Source: Nitrospiraceae bacterium
GTDB taxonomy: Bacteria > Nitrospirota > Nitrospiria > Nitrospirales > Nitrospiraceae
Reading direction: 5' to 3'
DNA length: 64,000 nucleotides
Assembly: GCA_037442105.1 (NCBI GenBank)
Contig: JBBIQV010000013.1
Coordinates: 1 to 64,000, forward strand
Below are positions 17,111 through 28,415 of this stretch, piece after piece; position 1 is the stretch's first letter, and every line of letters starts with the position of its first letter. A program made the translations under genes and the position numbers. The notes below the pieces were generated by a model, which made no database searches, was not told where the DNA came from, and saw only the letters and a program-made list of their open reading frames with translations.

Positions 17111-18151
17111 CCTCTTTCTAAACCCCACCCCGTCAATCGTGAGCACCTGTCCGTCGACCCTCGCCTTGGCGCCGAGGAAGGTGTCGGCAAGCCAGATGCC
17201 AGTGAGGAGATGATCGGTGACGTGCGGAATACGAAATCGACTCTGCCCTTCTGCAAGTACGGCAAAGGGGACGATTTGGTCGGTGGCAAACCGATCCAGC
17301 GTGGCACCGGATTCGAGATCATCGAGGAGTTGCTGCGCGACGTGTTTGCCGATCGACTCCGCCGACCGCCGCAACGCTCCGGCTTGATCGGCGCCGAGTC
17401 GGATTGCGCCGTTCAACTCCGCGAACAGCGCCAAGGCCGCGCCTGGTTGGAGCGAATCCACGTCGTAGCGCACTTCGATCTCAGCCCGGTATCCGGCGCG
17501 ATCGAGGACGTGCCGAGCCGCCTCGGCCATGCGGTCGCTAACCCGGCGTGGCTCAAGATGAGAGGACAGCGATATCCCCCAGATGCGCCGGGGAAAGCCA
17601 AGGTGCTCAAGCTGGAGACTGTAGAGTGATGCCCGAACCGGGTTTGCCGATAAGTGCAGGATGCCTTCTCCTCTCGGCACATAGCCGGCGCGTCCCATCG
17701 TGATATCAGCATGAAGCCCCATTCGATTAAGCAACGGGACCATGACATGCTGGAGATGAAAGAAAGAAGGGGCAAAATCCTGAAACAGCCCGCCGCGGAG
17801 TTCCACATTCAACGCCGATGACGCGAAGGCCAGCACAGGCAAGATGGCCAGTCCCAGCATCGTCGTCGAGCCGGCGGTCCCAATATCCCACATGTAGTGG
17901 CGGCCTGTCTTGATCGAACCAGGATGGAAGATGAGTTCCTGCGAGCCAGGAGCCAGTCCTTCCGCTTTCCCGTTCACGAGATCGCGAATGGCTTCGACCA
18001 CGCGGATATGCTGATGGCGGAGACCCGGCTTAGGCCGGCGAATCCGAGCATTGACGATGTGGACCGGCTGTCCGGTCAGGGCCGAAAACGCCACGGCCTG
18101 GCGGATGATCGTCCCGCTACCGGAGTATTGGGAGCCATCAATCTCAATCAT
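17102..18151 (-). CDS. rtcA: RNA 3'-terminal phosphate cyclase
   Basis: IEIDGS..SGSGTIIR, RPKPGLRHQH, DIGTAGS, GYVPRGEG, DQIVPF and TDHLLT motifs. Confidence 0.93.
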   Translation of the reverse strand: MIEIDGSQYSGSGTIIRQAVAFSALTGQPVHIVNARIRRPKPGLRHQHIRVVEAIRDLVNGKAEGLAPGSQELIFHPGSIKTGRHYMWDIGTAGSTTMLGLAILPVLAFASSALNVELRGGLFQDFAPSFFHLQHVMVPLLNRMGLHADITMGRAGYVPRGEGILHLSANPVRASLYSLQLEHLGFPRRIWGISLSSHLEPRRVSDRMAEAARHVLDRAGYRAEIEVRYDVDSLQPGAALALFAELNGAIRLGADQAGALRRSAESIGKHVAQQLLDDLESGATLDRFATDQIVPFAVLAEGQSRFRIPHVTDHLLTGIWLADTFLGAKARVDGQVLTIDGVGFRKRSE

Positions 18152-18280
18152 AGATGCGCTCTCGGACCTTGCAGCAGCCCGGCGATCCGACTGTGGACGG
18201 GCTTCTAGCCCCCCGCACCGTCAAGATGCGGTTCAACCAGAGCCCAAAATTAACGGTTATACGCGGGGATGAGACAGAGG

Positions 18281-18505
18281 TTAGTTGAGGCGAGCGTTGC
18301 CGGTTCCAGCAAACAGCTTCTCGGCTTCGACTCGCGCAACCTGTTTCTGGCGATGTTCGATGATGACGGGATCGATCCGCTCGCCGCAGCTCACGCACCG
18401 CCATTCCACCATGCCGGTCTCGTGGACCTCTTCCGGCACCATCAGACCACCACAGCGATGGCAATGATCGATACGGACTTTCTTCTTTATGGACACAGTC
18501 GTCAT
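18281..18505 (-). CDS. Small zinc-ribbon protein
   Basis: CHRCGGLM...WRCVSCGERIDPVI (two CxxC); GAGG RBS. Confidence 0.8.
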   Translation of the reverse strand: MTTVSIKKKVRIDHCHRCGGLMVPEEVHETGMVEWRCVSCGERIDPVIIEHRQKQVARVEAEKLFAGTGNARLN

Positions 18506-18663
18506 ACGCAGAACCCTCCTCGCAGTTGAATTCGACAGCCAACCCTTTGAGCCACAATGTCGAAAAAGGATTCATCGGCCTTTCGCTCTCTCAACAATGT
18601 CATATCCGAGGGACGCACCCTCGCCTTGTGCGAATTCACCGACGAGTGTTCTGATTGGACCGT

Positions 18664-18712
18664 TGGCGCGATTTTCCACTGACAACCCCCATGCCTGGTG
18701 AATTCTGCTACA
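18664..18712. promoter_or_regulatory. Paired 17-bp enhancer-like palindromes
   Basis: TGGCGCGATTTTCCACT (18664-18680) and TGGTGAATTCTGCTACA (18696-18712). Confidence 0.55.
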
Positions 18713-18795
18713 GAACACGCACCTTCCACCCCACGCTGCTATCCTCGGACATGCAGATTCTCAAAGACTTTTCTGAACTTGTGGCCACCACCTGA

Positions 18796-18811
18796 TGGTC
18801 TATGCCTTGCA
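18796..18811 (+). promoter_or_regulatory. Sigma54 -24/-12 promoter (acsA operon)
   Basis: TGGTCTATGCCTTGCA = GG-N10-GC. Confidence 0.65.
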
Positions 18812-18848
18812 GAACCCATGCTCACGCAGGTGTACTTCAGGTGTACTT

Positions 18849-20615
<1,767 letters not shown>

Positions 20616-20664
20616 TTCGTCAACGGCTGACGCATGGCGAGTGACGATTGACGATAAAGATACC

Positions 20665-21636
20665 ATGCCACTCGAACTGGATCGTGCCCACGCGCTCGAG
20701 CTGTTGCAGCAGATGCTCCGCATCCGTCGGTTCGAGGAAAAATGCGCAGAGCTTTACAGCCTGGGGAAGATTCGCGGCTTCCTGCACTTGTATATCGGAG
20801 AGGAAGCCGTGGCGGTCGGGGCCATGCCGGCCTTTACGGAAGACGACGCCGTCGTCGCCACGTACCGTGAGCACGGGCATGCCATGGTACGTGGAACGCC
20901 GATGGGCTCGCTCATGGCAGAACTATATGGCAAGTCCACCGGCTGCGCACGCGGTCGCGGGGGATCCATGCATTTTTTCGATGCCTCCCGCCGGTTCTAC
21001 GGTGGCCTGGCCATCGTAGGCGGAGGCCTGCCCGTCGCGGTCGGACTGGCGCTGGCTGATCACCTCCAGCATCGTAAGCGAGTCACCGCCTGCTTCTTCG
21101 GCGACGGTGCCGTGGCTGAAGGCGAGTTTCACGAATCGCTGAACCTCGCCGCTCTCTGGAAACTACCCGTTCTCTTCTTGTGTGAGAACAACCTCTATGC
21201 GATGGGCACCGCGTTGGCTCGACACCAGTCCCAAACCGACATCGCTTTCAAGGCCCAGGCCTACGCTATCCCCGCCGACACAGTCGACGGCATGGACGTG
21301 CTCGCCGTCAAAGACGCCACACAGCGAGCCGCGGAGACGGTGCGACAAGGGCAGGGTCCCTACCTCATCGAGTACCGGACCTATCGGTTCCGCGCCCACT
21401 CGATGTACGACCCTGAACTCTACCGGACAAAAGAAGAAGTCGCGCAATGGAAGGAACGTGACCCGATCATGCTCTTCGAGGGACGCCTCCGAGAATGGAA
21501 ATGCCTGACCTCCGATGATCTCACCCGAATGGAACAGGCTATCGCGACAGAAATCGAGGAAGCCGTAGCCTTCGCCGAGCGCAGCCCTTGGGAGCGAGTC
21601 GAGGATTTGACGAAGGATGTGTACACGCGCGCGTGA
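20665..21636 (+). CDS. pdhA: Pyruvate dehydrogenase-type E1 alpha subunit
   Basis: [33 protein letters not shown] and YRFRAHS motifs. Confidence 0.95.
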   Translation: MPLELDRAHALELLQQMLRIRRFEEKCAELYSLGKIRGFLHLYIGEEAVAVGAMPAFTEDDAVVATYREHGHAMVRGTPMGSLMAELYGKSTGCARGRGGSMHFFDASRRFYGGLAIVGGGLPVAVGLALADHLQHRKRVTACFFGDGAVAEGEFHESLNLAALWKLPVLFLCENNLYAMGTALARHQSQTDIAFKAQAYAIPADTVDGMDVLAVKDATQRAAETVRQGQGPYLIEYRTYRFRAHSMYDPELYRTKEEVAQWKERDPIMLFEGRLREWKCLTSDDLTRMEQAIATEIEEAVAFAERSPWERVEDLTKDVYTRA

Positions 21637-21715
21637 GCGCGCAGGCTATAGGCTATCGGTCAGGGCTCTTTACCTATCGTCTAGAGCCCATCGCCCATAG
21701 CCTAAAGGTTTCAAT

Positions 21716-22699
21716 ATGAAGATCACCTATCGTGAAGCGGTCCGCGCCGGTCTGCGCGAGGCTTTACAGAGCGATCCGCGCGTCTTCCTTATGGGAGAGG
21801 ATGTCGGCAAGTACGGCGGGACCTACGCATGCAGCAAGGGCTTCCTCGATGAGTTCGGTCCGGAGCGCATTCGCGACACGCCCCTCTCGGAGAGCACCTT
21901 TGTTGGGGCCGGGATCGGGGCGGCGCTGGGCGGCATGCGTCCGATCGTGGAAGTGATGACCGTGAATTTCAGCTTGCTCGCACTCGATCAGATCGTGAAC
22001 AATGCAGCGACGATTCGCCATATGTCCGGAGGGCAATTCTCCGTACCCTTGGTCGTCCGCATGGCGACAGGCGCAGGCCGTCAGGTTGCAGCACAACATT
22101 CGCACAGCTTGGAAGGTTGGTATGCCCACATTCCCGGCATCAAGGTACTGACGCCGGCAACGGTGACGGATGCCAAGGGCATGTTGCTGGCGGCTCTGAA
22201 GGAACCGGACCCGGTCTTCATTTTTGAGCACGCCTATCTGTACCCCATAGAGGGTGAGATCGATGAGTCGGCCCAGGCGGTGGATATCGCCAAGGCGGCG
22301 GTTCGCCGGCCGGGACGCGAGACCAGTCTCATCGCATTCGGCGGCTCCCTTTGGAAGGCGCTTGAGGCCGCGGATCAACTCGCCCAGGAAGGTATCGACG
22401 CCGAAGTGGTTGATCTCCGCGTCCTGCGGCCACTCGACAGTTCGACTGTGTTAGCCTCGGTACGCAAGACCCACCGCGCCGTCGTGATCGATGAAGGCTG
22501 GCGCACCGGCAGCTTCGCCGCCGAAGTGTCGGCGCAGATCATGGAAGGCGCCTTTTACGACTTGGAGCGACCCGTCGCACGCGTCTGCAGCGCCGAGGCT
22601 CCTATTCCTTACCCCAAGCATCTGGAAGATGCAGCGTTACCGAGTGTCGAGCGTATCGTCACCGCCGCGCGAGCACTTCTTGGTCGAAGTGAAAAGTAA
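21716..22699 (+). CDS. pdhB: Pyruvate dehydrogenase-type E1 beta subunit
   Basis: MGEDVG, DTPLSE, AAQHSHS and [12 protein letters not shown] motifs. Confidence 0.95.
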   Translation: MKITYREAVRAGLREALQSDPRVFLMGEDVGKYGGTYACSKGFLDEFGPERIRDTPLSESTFVGAGIGAALGGMRPIVEVMTVNFSLLALDQIVNNAATIRHMSGGQFSVPLVVRMATGAGRQVAAQHSHSLEGWYAHIPGIKVLTPATVTDAKGMLLAALKEPDPVFIFEHAYLYPIEGEIDESAQAVDIAKAAVRRPGRETSLIAFGGSLWKALEAADQLAQEGIDAEVVDLRVLRPLDSSTVLASVRKTHRAVVIDEGWRTGSFAAEVSAQIMEGAFYDLERPVARVCSAEAPIPYPKHLEDAALPSVERIVTAARALLGRSEK

Positions 22700-22718
22700 A
22701 GGCATTCACTGGTGCCCC

Positions 22719-23819
22719 ATGGCTGAGTTTGTGATGCCGACCCTCGGCGCCGACATGGCGGAAGGGACCTTGATTGCCTGGAAAAAGAAGGTCGGGGACC
22801 GGGTGGCCAAAGGCGAGATCATCGCGGAAGTGGACACCGAGAAGGCGGCGATTGAGATCGAGTCCTTTCTTACCGGGGTCATCGATCAATTACTCGTGCA
22901 TCCAGGCGACACCGTTTCTGTCGGAACGGTAATGGCCGTCATTCGAGAGGAAGGCAAGATGGCACCGCCGGTAGAGGAACCGGGCCGTCTCCGTATTTCG
23001 CCCGCGGCGAAGAAGCTCGCAGCCGAACTCGGCGTCGATCCCTCCACCATCCAGGGAACCGGGCCGGGTGGAGCAATGACTCGCGACGATATCCTGCGCG
23101 CAGCGCAGGCGCGAGGCGAGAAGCCCCTTGTCCCCGGCAATGAAGCTGCCGATCGCCAAGCGCAGATGCGTCGGGTGATCGCTGCCGCCATGGCCCGGTC
23201 TAAACGCGAAATTCCCCATTACTATCTCAGCGCCACCATCGACATGGGCAGCGCAACGACCTGGCTCAGGGAAGAAAACCTGAAGCGCCCCGTCACAGAG
23301 CGATTGCTCTACAGCGCGTTGCTCATCAAGGCGGTCGCCTTGGCCTTGCGCCAAATCCCGGAACTCAATGCGGTCTGGAAAGGCACCGATGTCACGCCAA
23401 GCAAAGACATCCATGTGGGCGTGGCTATTTCATTGAGAGGAGGCGGGCTGGTTGCGCCGGCGCTGCACCACACAGATCAACTCAGTCTCAGCGATTTGAT
23501 GCAGCGCTTTCAGGACTTGGTGAAACGAGCCCGCGCCGGGAGCCTGCGCAGTTCAGAGTTGTCTGACCCCACCATCACTGTGACGAGTCTTGGCGAACAG
23601 GGAGTCGAGACGGTCTTCGGCGTGATTTATCCTCCCCAGGTCGCACTGGTGGGATTCGGAAAAGTTGTGGACCGTCCGTGGGTCATCGATGGCCGGGTGG
23701 TCGCGCGCCCGGTGATCGCCGCCTCCCTGTCTGCAGACCATCGCGTCACAGACGGGCACCGGGGCGCACTCTTTCTTGCCGCCGTCGATCGATTGCTGCA
23801 GGATCCGAGCCGATTATGA
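22719..23819 (+). CDS. pdhC: Dihydrolipoamide acyltransferase (E2)
   Basis: Lipoyl domain EVDTEKA; E3-binding SPAAKKLA...GTGPGG; catalytic DHRVTDG. Confidence 0.93.
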   Translation: MAEFVMPTLGADMAEGTLIAWKKKVGDRVAKGEIIAEVDTEKAAIEIESFLTGVIDQLLVHPGDTVSVGTVMAVIREEGKMAPPVEEPGRLRISPAAKKLAAELGVDPSTIQGTGPGGAMTRDDILRAAQARGEKPLVPGNEAADRQAQMRRVIAAAMARSKREIPHYYLSATIDMGSATTWLREENLKRPVTERLLYSALLIKAVALALRQIPELNAVWKGTDVTPSKDIHVGVAISLRGGGLVAPALHHTDQLSLSDLMQRFQDLVKRARAGSLRSSELSDPTITVTSLGEQGVETVFGVIYPPQVALVGFGKVVDRPWVIDGRVVARPVIAASLSADHRVTDGHRGALFLAAVDRLLQDPSRL

Positions 23820-23853
23820 ATACGATGCTCGGCCTGACCAAGCGAGGTGCTTT

Positions 23854-24402
23854 ATGCGTCTATATACGGTATCCCTCTTCCTCTCATGTGGAATGGTCGT
23901 ATGCTTCGGATTGCTTGGACCGTCGCCTTCGGCACGGGCAATGACGCAAATTTTGCCCGACGCGGCGGTCGAAGCCGACCAAAACACCATCCTCGAGCTC
24001 ATCAGCACATTCGACCAGGCACAGGAGGCAATCCGTGCCGGCAACCTCGATACGCTCATGTCCCTGTACTCTCAGAACTATCGCTATCACGGCTTGCATA
24101 AAGCGGACATTCGCGCGATCTGGGCAGAATTGTTCGCCAATTACGAGCTCATCGCGAATATCCACACCTTTTCGGCGATCAGGATCGTGGGCAAGGGGTC
24201 ACAAGCCATGGCTGAAATCACGTGCACCGGCGCGTTGTGGGCGAATTCCAAGAACACCAAGCAGCGCATACCGATCGATAGCTGGCATCAAGAGGTTCAC
24301 CATCTCATCAAGGAGAAAGGCGCGTGGCGCATCATCGGGAGCGCCGGCGGCGAGTCGCCTCGCCCCAGAAAATTCGGCACCGCACCTCACCCGCTTTTCT
24401 AG
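23854..24402 (+). CDS. Exported NTF2/SnoaL-like protein
   Basis: GAGG RBS; signal peptide; paralog of 32721-33266 with identical C-terminus FGTAPHPLF. Confidence 0.75.
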   Translation: MRLYTVSLFLSCGMVVCFGLLGPSPSARAMTQILPDAAVEADQNTILELISTFDQAQEAIRAGNLDTLMSLYSQNYRYHGLHKADIRAIWAELFANYELIANIHTFSAIRIVGKGSQAMAEITCTGALWANSKNTKQRIPIDSWHQEVHHLIKEKGAWRIIGSAGGESPRPRKFGTAPHPLF

Positions 24403-24587
24403 GAGCCTGCCCGACATTCCCGTTCGTGGCGAGGCGAAGGAGGCGCGAGCAGATGCGCGGCCGCAGGACCCGAAAAACCGGAGGCGTATTCGCTGGAATA
24501 CGGTGAGGATTTTTCGGGGCCGAGAACAAAGCAGATGCTCGTGCATCGTTCGACGCAGCAGAATGCGTAATGTCGGACAGGCTCCTA
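24400..24587. mobile_element. MITE (~186 bp) with 19-bp terminal inverted repeats
   Basis: TAGGAGCCTGCCCGACATT (24400-24418) and AATGTCGGACAGGCTCCTA (24569-24587), one mismatch; TA at both ends, coinciding with a TAG stop. Confidence 0.8.
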
Positions 24588-24589
24588 AC

Positions 24590-24844
24590 ATGATTCCGAC
24601 GTCGTCACCCGAGCAGGTGAAGCAAACCATTCTCCGCATTCTCGGTGAGATTGCGCCGGAAGCCGACTTGACGCGGATCAAACCGGATGTCAGTTTCCGC
24701 GATCAATTAGACATTGATTCGATGGACTTTCTTCATTTCGTGATCGGGCTGAATACATCGTTCCACATCGACATTCCGGAAGCCGATTATCCCAAGTACG
24801 CCACCCTCAACGGCTGCATCGAGCAACTTTTACCCAGGCGGTAA
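24590..24844 (+). CDS. Acyl carrier protein
   Basis: 84 aa; QLDIDSMDF phosphopantetheine-attachment Ser motif. Confidence 0.9.
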   Translation: MIPTSSPEQVKQTILRILGEIAPEADLTRIKPDVSFRDQLDIDSMDFLHFVIGLNTSFHIDIPEADYPKYATLNGCIEQLLPRR

Positions 24845-24845
24845 C

Positions 24846-25523
24846 ATGCGGACCAACCAGGACTATGCCGACCGGACGATCCTTCGCGTTCTCGTTGGCT
24901 CACAAGCCCACGGCTTGGCAAGCCCGGAAAGCGACAAGGATTTTCGCAGCGTGTTCGTGGTCCCGACGGAGGAGATGTTCCGCCTCGGCTTCAAGTATCA
25001 GGGGACGCGCATGGTGAAGGAAGAAGCCGATGAGACCTCATGGGAAGTCGGCCATTTTCTCCGGTTGGCGACCCAATGCCATCCGCTCGCGCTCGAGACC
25101 CTTGTGGCTCCGGTCGTCGCCATGGATGAGTGGGGCACCGAGCTACGGCGGCTTTTCCCTCATGTGTGGTCGGCCAAGGGTGCGTATGAGGCCTTTCTCA
25201 ACTATTGCGACAACCAGCGAAAGAAAATGCTTGATAAGAAGGACGACCGTCCGGCCAAGTATGCCGCAGCCTACCTTCGGGTGTTATTCAACTTGTGTGA
25301 ACTGCTTGAGCGGGAAACGTTCAGCATCCGGATTGCAGAAACGCCGGTGGGGGAAACCATTCGAAAAATTAAAGAGGGAAACTACCGTGTCGGTGAGGTG
25401 ATCGACCTCGGCGAGCACTGGGCTCAGGAAGCAACCCATCGCCTCGCACGTTGCACGCACAAGGCTACGTTGGGAATGGTCGATGATTTTTTGATCAGGA
25501 TTCGGAAGGCGTTTCTCGGATAA
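24846..25523 (+). CDS. Pol-beta superfamily nucleotidyltransferase (RlaP/YcgL-like)
   Basis: VGSQAHGLASPESDKDFRSVF and WEVGHFLRLA...P..LE motifs. Confidence 0.85.
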   Translation: MRTNQDYADRTILRVLVGSQAHGLASPESDKDFRSVFVVPTEEMFRLGFKYQGTRMVKEEADETSWEVGHFLRLATQCHPLALETLVAPVVAMDEWGTELRRLFPHVWSAKGAYEAFLNYCDNQRKKMLDKKDDRPAKYAAAYLRVLFNLCELLERETFSIRIAETPVGETIRKIKEGNYRVGEVIDLGEHWAQEATHRLARCTHKATLGMVDDFLIRIRKAFLG

Positions 25524-25752
25524 AAAACAACCCGCCTCTGTGTGAAGACCGGGCCTGCCGACTGGCCGAGATCGATCCAAACAACCCGATGGACCTTACA
25601 CACCTGGCTGTCCCGCGCTTCCCACTCATCGGGCTTGCATCAACAGCCGTGCCTCCTACTGGCACCGAGATGGAAGCGCGTCCCTTCAGACCCAATCCCG
25701 CAACTGGCACAAGCGCGATCCCCGACTCTCACTCACGGCACAGAGGCGGGGG
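25522..25752 (-). ncRNA. Candidate ~230-nt structured non-coding RNA
   Basis: Minus-strand nested stems CCCGCCTCTGTG/CACAGAGGCGGG, GTCGGGGATCG/CGATCTCGGC, GGGTCT/AGGTCC, CGCGCTTCC/GGAAGCGCG, GTGCC/GGCAC, then TTGTTTTTT; no credible CDS. Confidence 0.5.
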
Positions 25753-25857
25753 CTGATTCTTACCCTGGCCACACCTCCCTTCGCTAGATACATAAGCATG
25801 ATGCCGTCAGGGTCAAGGGTTGTGCCAGGCGGCCTCCGGGGTAAATCACGTCGCGGT

Positions 25858-25908
25858 TGAGGTAATTGGCAACAGAAAACCCGGGTAACGCTGACCCGAT
25901 ATTCCCCA
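25858..25908. promoter_or_regulatory. Paired 17-bp enhancer-like palindromes
   Basis: TGAGGTAATTGGCAACA (25858-25874) and TGACCCGATATTCCCCA (25892-25908). Confidence 0.5.
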
Positions 25909-26003
25909 CCTCTCCACGGTTCTCGCCATCCTCCACCACGCCCGACCATCCTAACACTGCGTTGTATAGACTTTTTGTGGCGCCATCCACTCACAGAACC
26001 AGG

Positions 26004-26019
26004 TGGCATTTAGGATGCA
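26004..26019 (+). promoter_or_regulatory. Sigma54 -24/-12 promoter (hsp20 operon)
   Basis: TGGCATTTAGGATGCA = GG-N10-GC. Confidence 0.7.
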
Positions 26020-26092
26020 AGAAAGGTGTTATCGAAGCCGATCCTTTTCGGAGAACACGAATAACCACCAACATGGGAAGGGGGGAGTTGTC

Positions 26093-26566
26093 ATGAGCGC
26101 ATTGACACGCTGGGAACCGTCCAAGACTCGTTGGGATCCGTTCAAAGAAATGGAGGAGATGGAGAAGCGCCTCTCAACTTGGTTGAGGCACCCGCTGCTC
26201 CGTCGTGACAGCGAGAAGGAAGCCATGACGGTCGCTGAATGGTCGCCGCTCGTGGATATTACGGAAGATGACAAGGAATACCTCATCAAGGCTGAGCTGC
26301 CCGAGGTCAAGAAGGAAGACGTAACGCTGTCGGTGCAGGACAATGTGCTCTCGATTTCCGGCGAACGCAAATATGAGAAGGAAGAGAAGGGCAAGAAGTA
26401 TCACCGCGTCGAGCGCGCCTACGGCAGCTTTATGCGGAGCTTCACACTCCCTGAAGATGCGGACGGAAGCAAGATTGCCGCCGAGTACAAGAACGGAGTG
26501 TTACACGTTCACCTGCCGAAGTCGGAGAAGGCCAAGCCGAAGGCGATCGAGATTAAGGTGACTTGA
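26093..26566 (+). CDS. Hsp20/alpha-crystallin small heat shock protein
   Basis: WSPLVDITE, AELPEV, ERAYGSFMRSFTLP and YKNGVLHVHLPK motifs. Confidence 0.96.
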   Translation: MSALTRWEPSKTRWDPFKEMEEMEKRLSTWLRHPLLRRDSEKEAMTVAEWSPLVDITEDDKEYLIKAELPEVKKEDVTLSVQDNVLSISGERKYEKEEKGKKYHRVERAYGSFMRSFTLPEDADGSKIAAEYKNGVLHVHLPKSEKAKPKAIEIKVT

Positions 26567-26588
26567 CACGCTGGCCAAGGAGGGTCTT

Positions 26589-26744
26589 ATGATACGCCAC
26601 CCTCACTATCTTGAAATTCCTTGGAGTCTCCACTGGCACGATGAGCCGCACACGGTGCACCATCATCTGTGGTGGCTGATCGCGGCTTTGACGATCCTGG
26701 CGATCTTCCTGATCGGAGTCGGCGTCACCAGTGGGATTGTATGA
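26589..26744 (+). CDS. Small His-rich single-pass membrane protein (51 aa, not in the ORF track)
   Basis: AAGGAGG RBS; MIRHPHYLEIPWSLHWHDEPHTVHHHLWWLIAALTILAIFLIGVGVTSGIV*. Confidence 0.7.
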   Translation: MIRHPHYLEIPWSLHWHDEPHTVHHHLWWLIAALTILAIFLIGVGVTSGIV

Positions 26745-26775
26745 GTTCGGCCCACACAGCCGGGAAGGAGCACAA

Positions 26776-27456
26776 GTGATTTTTCAGAATCGCGAAGAAG
26801 CCGGTCGCCGGCTCGCAAGCGAGTTACTGCAGTATCGCGAAGATCCTGCCGGCTTGATCTTGGCGCTCCCCCGCGGGGGTGTGGCTGTCGGGTATCAGCT
26901 CAGCCTGGCACTCCACCTCCCGCTGGACGTATTCATTACGCGCAAGATCGGCGCACCGGGTAACCCGGAATTCGCGCTAGGAGCCGTCAGCGAGACAGGC
27001 ACGGTGTATCTCAACCCGGATACGGTGACCGACTTCCGCCTGTCGATCAACGATGTCGAGGAACTCGTACGCGCTCAACAGAATGAGATCGCGCGGCGCC
27101 ACGCCCTGTACCGGCAAGGACGGCGCTTGCCGTCGTTGACCGACCGGGTAGTCATCCTGGTGGATGACGGCATCGCCACCGGCGCGACCTTCTTCGCCTC
27201 TGCGGACGCCATCCGGCACATGAAGCCGCGGCGCCTGGTGGGTGCGATCCCGGTTGGGCCGGCAGAGACGATTGTGGAAGCGCAGCAACGAGTGGATGAA
27301 CTCATCGTACTGGCGACCCCGGATCCGTTTTGGGCCGTCGGTAACCATTATGTGGATTTCACGCAAGTCGAAGACCACGATGTGTTGGAATATCTCAATT
27401 TGGCCGAGGAAGCGTTCCGCGAGCGAACCGAGCGAACGCATTCCTCATCAGCCTAA
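26776..27456 (+). CDS. Phosphoribosyltransferase-family protein
   Basis: FQNREEAG, LALPRGGV, RKIGAPGNPE and VILVDDGIATGAT motifs; AAGGAG RBS. Confidence 0.93.
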   Translation: MIFQNREEAGRRLASELLQYREDPAGLILALPRGGVAVGYQLSLALHLPLDVFITRKIGAPGNPEFALGAVSETGTVYLNPDTVTDFRLSINDVEELVRAQQNEIARRHALYRQGRRLPSLTDRVVILVDDGIATGATFFASADAIRHMKPRRLVGAIPVGPAETIVEAQQRVDELIVLATPDPFWAVGNHYVDFTQVEDHDVLEYLNLAEEAFRERTERTHSSSA

Positions 27457-27474
27457 ACAGGCAGAGGAGCACGC

Positions 27475-27975
27475 ATGGCAGCAAAAGTCAAAACACCAGC
27501 GGGGTTGGGTGCCAGACGGGACCGGACTGTACAAGAGTATCAGCACGATACATATAAGCTTCGGGGGAAGTTGAAGGGACCCACCGTTTGTCCGCAATGC
27601 GACGCCGTGTTCCACAAGGGGCGCTGGACCTGGGGGCCTGCGCCGAGTGAGGCCGACCAGGCGATCTGTCCGGCTTGCCATCGCATTCACGATAAGTATC
27701 CGAAGGGCCTCGTGACGGTCAGCGGTTCGTTCAAAGACGAGAACCGCGAGCAGGTGATGGGAGTGATTCACAATGCGGAAGCGACGGAAAAGGAGGAACA
27801 TCCGCTCTCGCGGATCATGAACATCGAACAGCGGCCTGAAGGACTTGTCATTTCCACGACCGACACGCACCTGCCCCGGCGGATCGGCGAAGCGCTCCAT
27901 CACGCGTATCATGGGAGTTTGGCATTCCACTACGACCAGGATGAAGATTTCATCCGAGTGACGTGGAGTCGGTAG
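27475..27975 (+). CDS. BCAM0308-family (NMD3-like zinc) protein
   Basis: HDTY, CPQC.AVFHKGRW.W, CPAC.RI.D.YP.G, EHPLSRI and TTDTHLPRRIG motifs. Confidence 0.88.
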   Translation: MAAKVKTPAGLGARRDRTVQEYQHDTYKLRGKLKGPTVCPQCDAVFHKGRWTWGPAPSEADQAICPACHRIHDKYPKGLVTVSGSFKDENREQVMGVIHNAEATEKEEHPLSRIMNIEQRPEGLVISTTDTHLPRRIGEALHHAYHGSLAFHYDQDEDFIRVTWSR

Positions 27976-28062
27976 GCCCATTCAATGGCGCACCTTGCTC
28001 AACGATTCGTACGTGGGCGCGAGAAGACGCGTTCGGACACAGAAAGGGAGGTTAAAGCCGTG

Positions 28063-28401
28063 ATGAGAGCGAAGGTGTGGCACTGGGGACTGGCCCTGGC
28101 TATGGTCATCATAAATCCGGCAGTCTCCTCTCTTGGCATGGCGTCGGAGGCGCTGGTTCGGACCGTGCGGGGGGCAGTGATCGCGACCAATCTCCAGGAC
28201 GACCCGCAGACCATCGTTGTGAAAGTCATCGTGCAGAACAAGGAAGAGTTGATCGTGGGAGCCCGAGTACCGGCAGATACGCGAATCACACGTGGCAAGC
28301 ACCCAACCACCTTGGCGGAGATCAAGGCGGGCGAATCGGTGGAATTCACGTACCACAAGGTTTCAGACGGCCTTGTGGCACGATCCATTCACGTTCGATG
28401 A
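28063..28401 (+). CDS. Small exported beta-barrel (OB-fold-like) protein
   Basis: Signal peptide; T.ITRG....L.EIK.GE.V.F.Y pattern; GGAGG RBS. Confidence 0.7.
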   Translation: MRAKVWHWGLALAMVIINPAVSSLGMASEALVRTVRGAVIATNLQDDPQTIVVKVIVQNKEELIVGARVPADTRITRGKHPTTLAEIKAGESVEFTYHKVSDGLVARSIHVR

Positions 28402-28415
28402 CGCGAGGAGCGGTT

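Noticed and set aside
24035..24844. 269-aa ORF as a long ACP fusion
   Set aside because: Upstream part overlaps another gene and the MITE; the ACP domain starts at 24590
25812..25827. Sigma54 promoter for the minus-strand RNA candidate (TGGCACAACCCTTGAC)
   Set aside because: -12 element is GA rather than GC and predicted +1 is ~50 nt before the stem; possible but not counted
27986..28002. Single TGGCGCACCTTGCTCAA resembling the enhancer palindrome or a sigma54 site
   Set aside because: GG-to-GC spacing is 8, not 10, and there is no partner site 33 bp away
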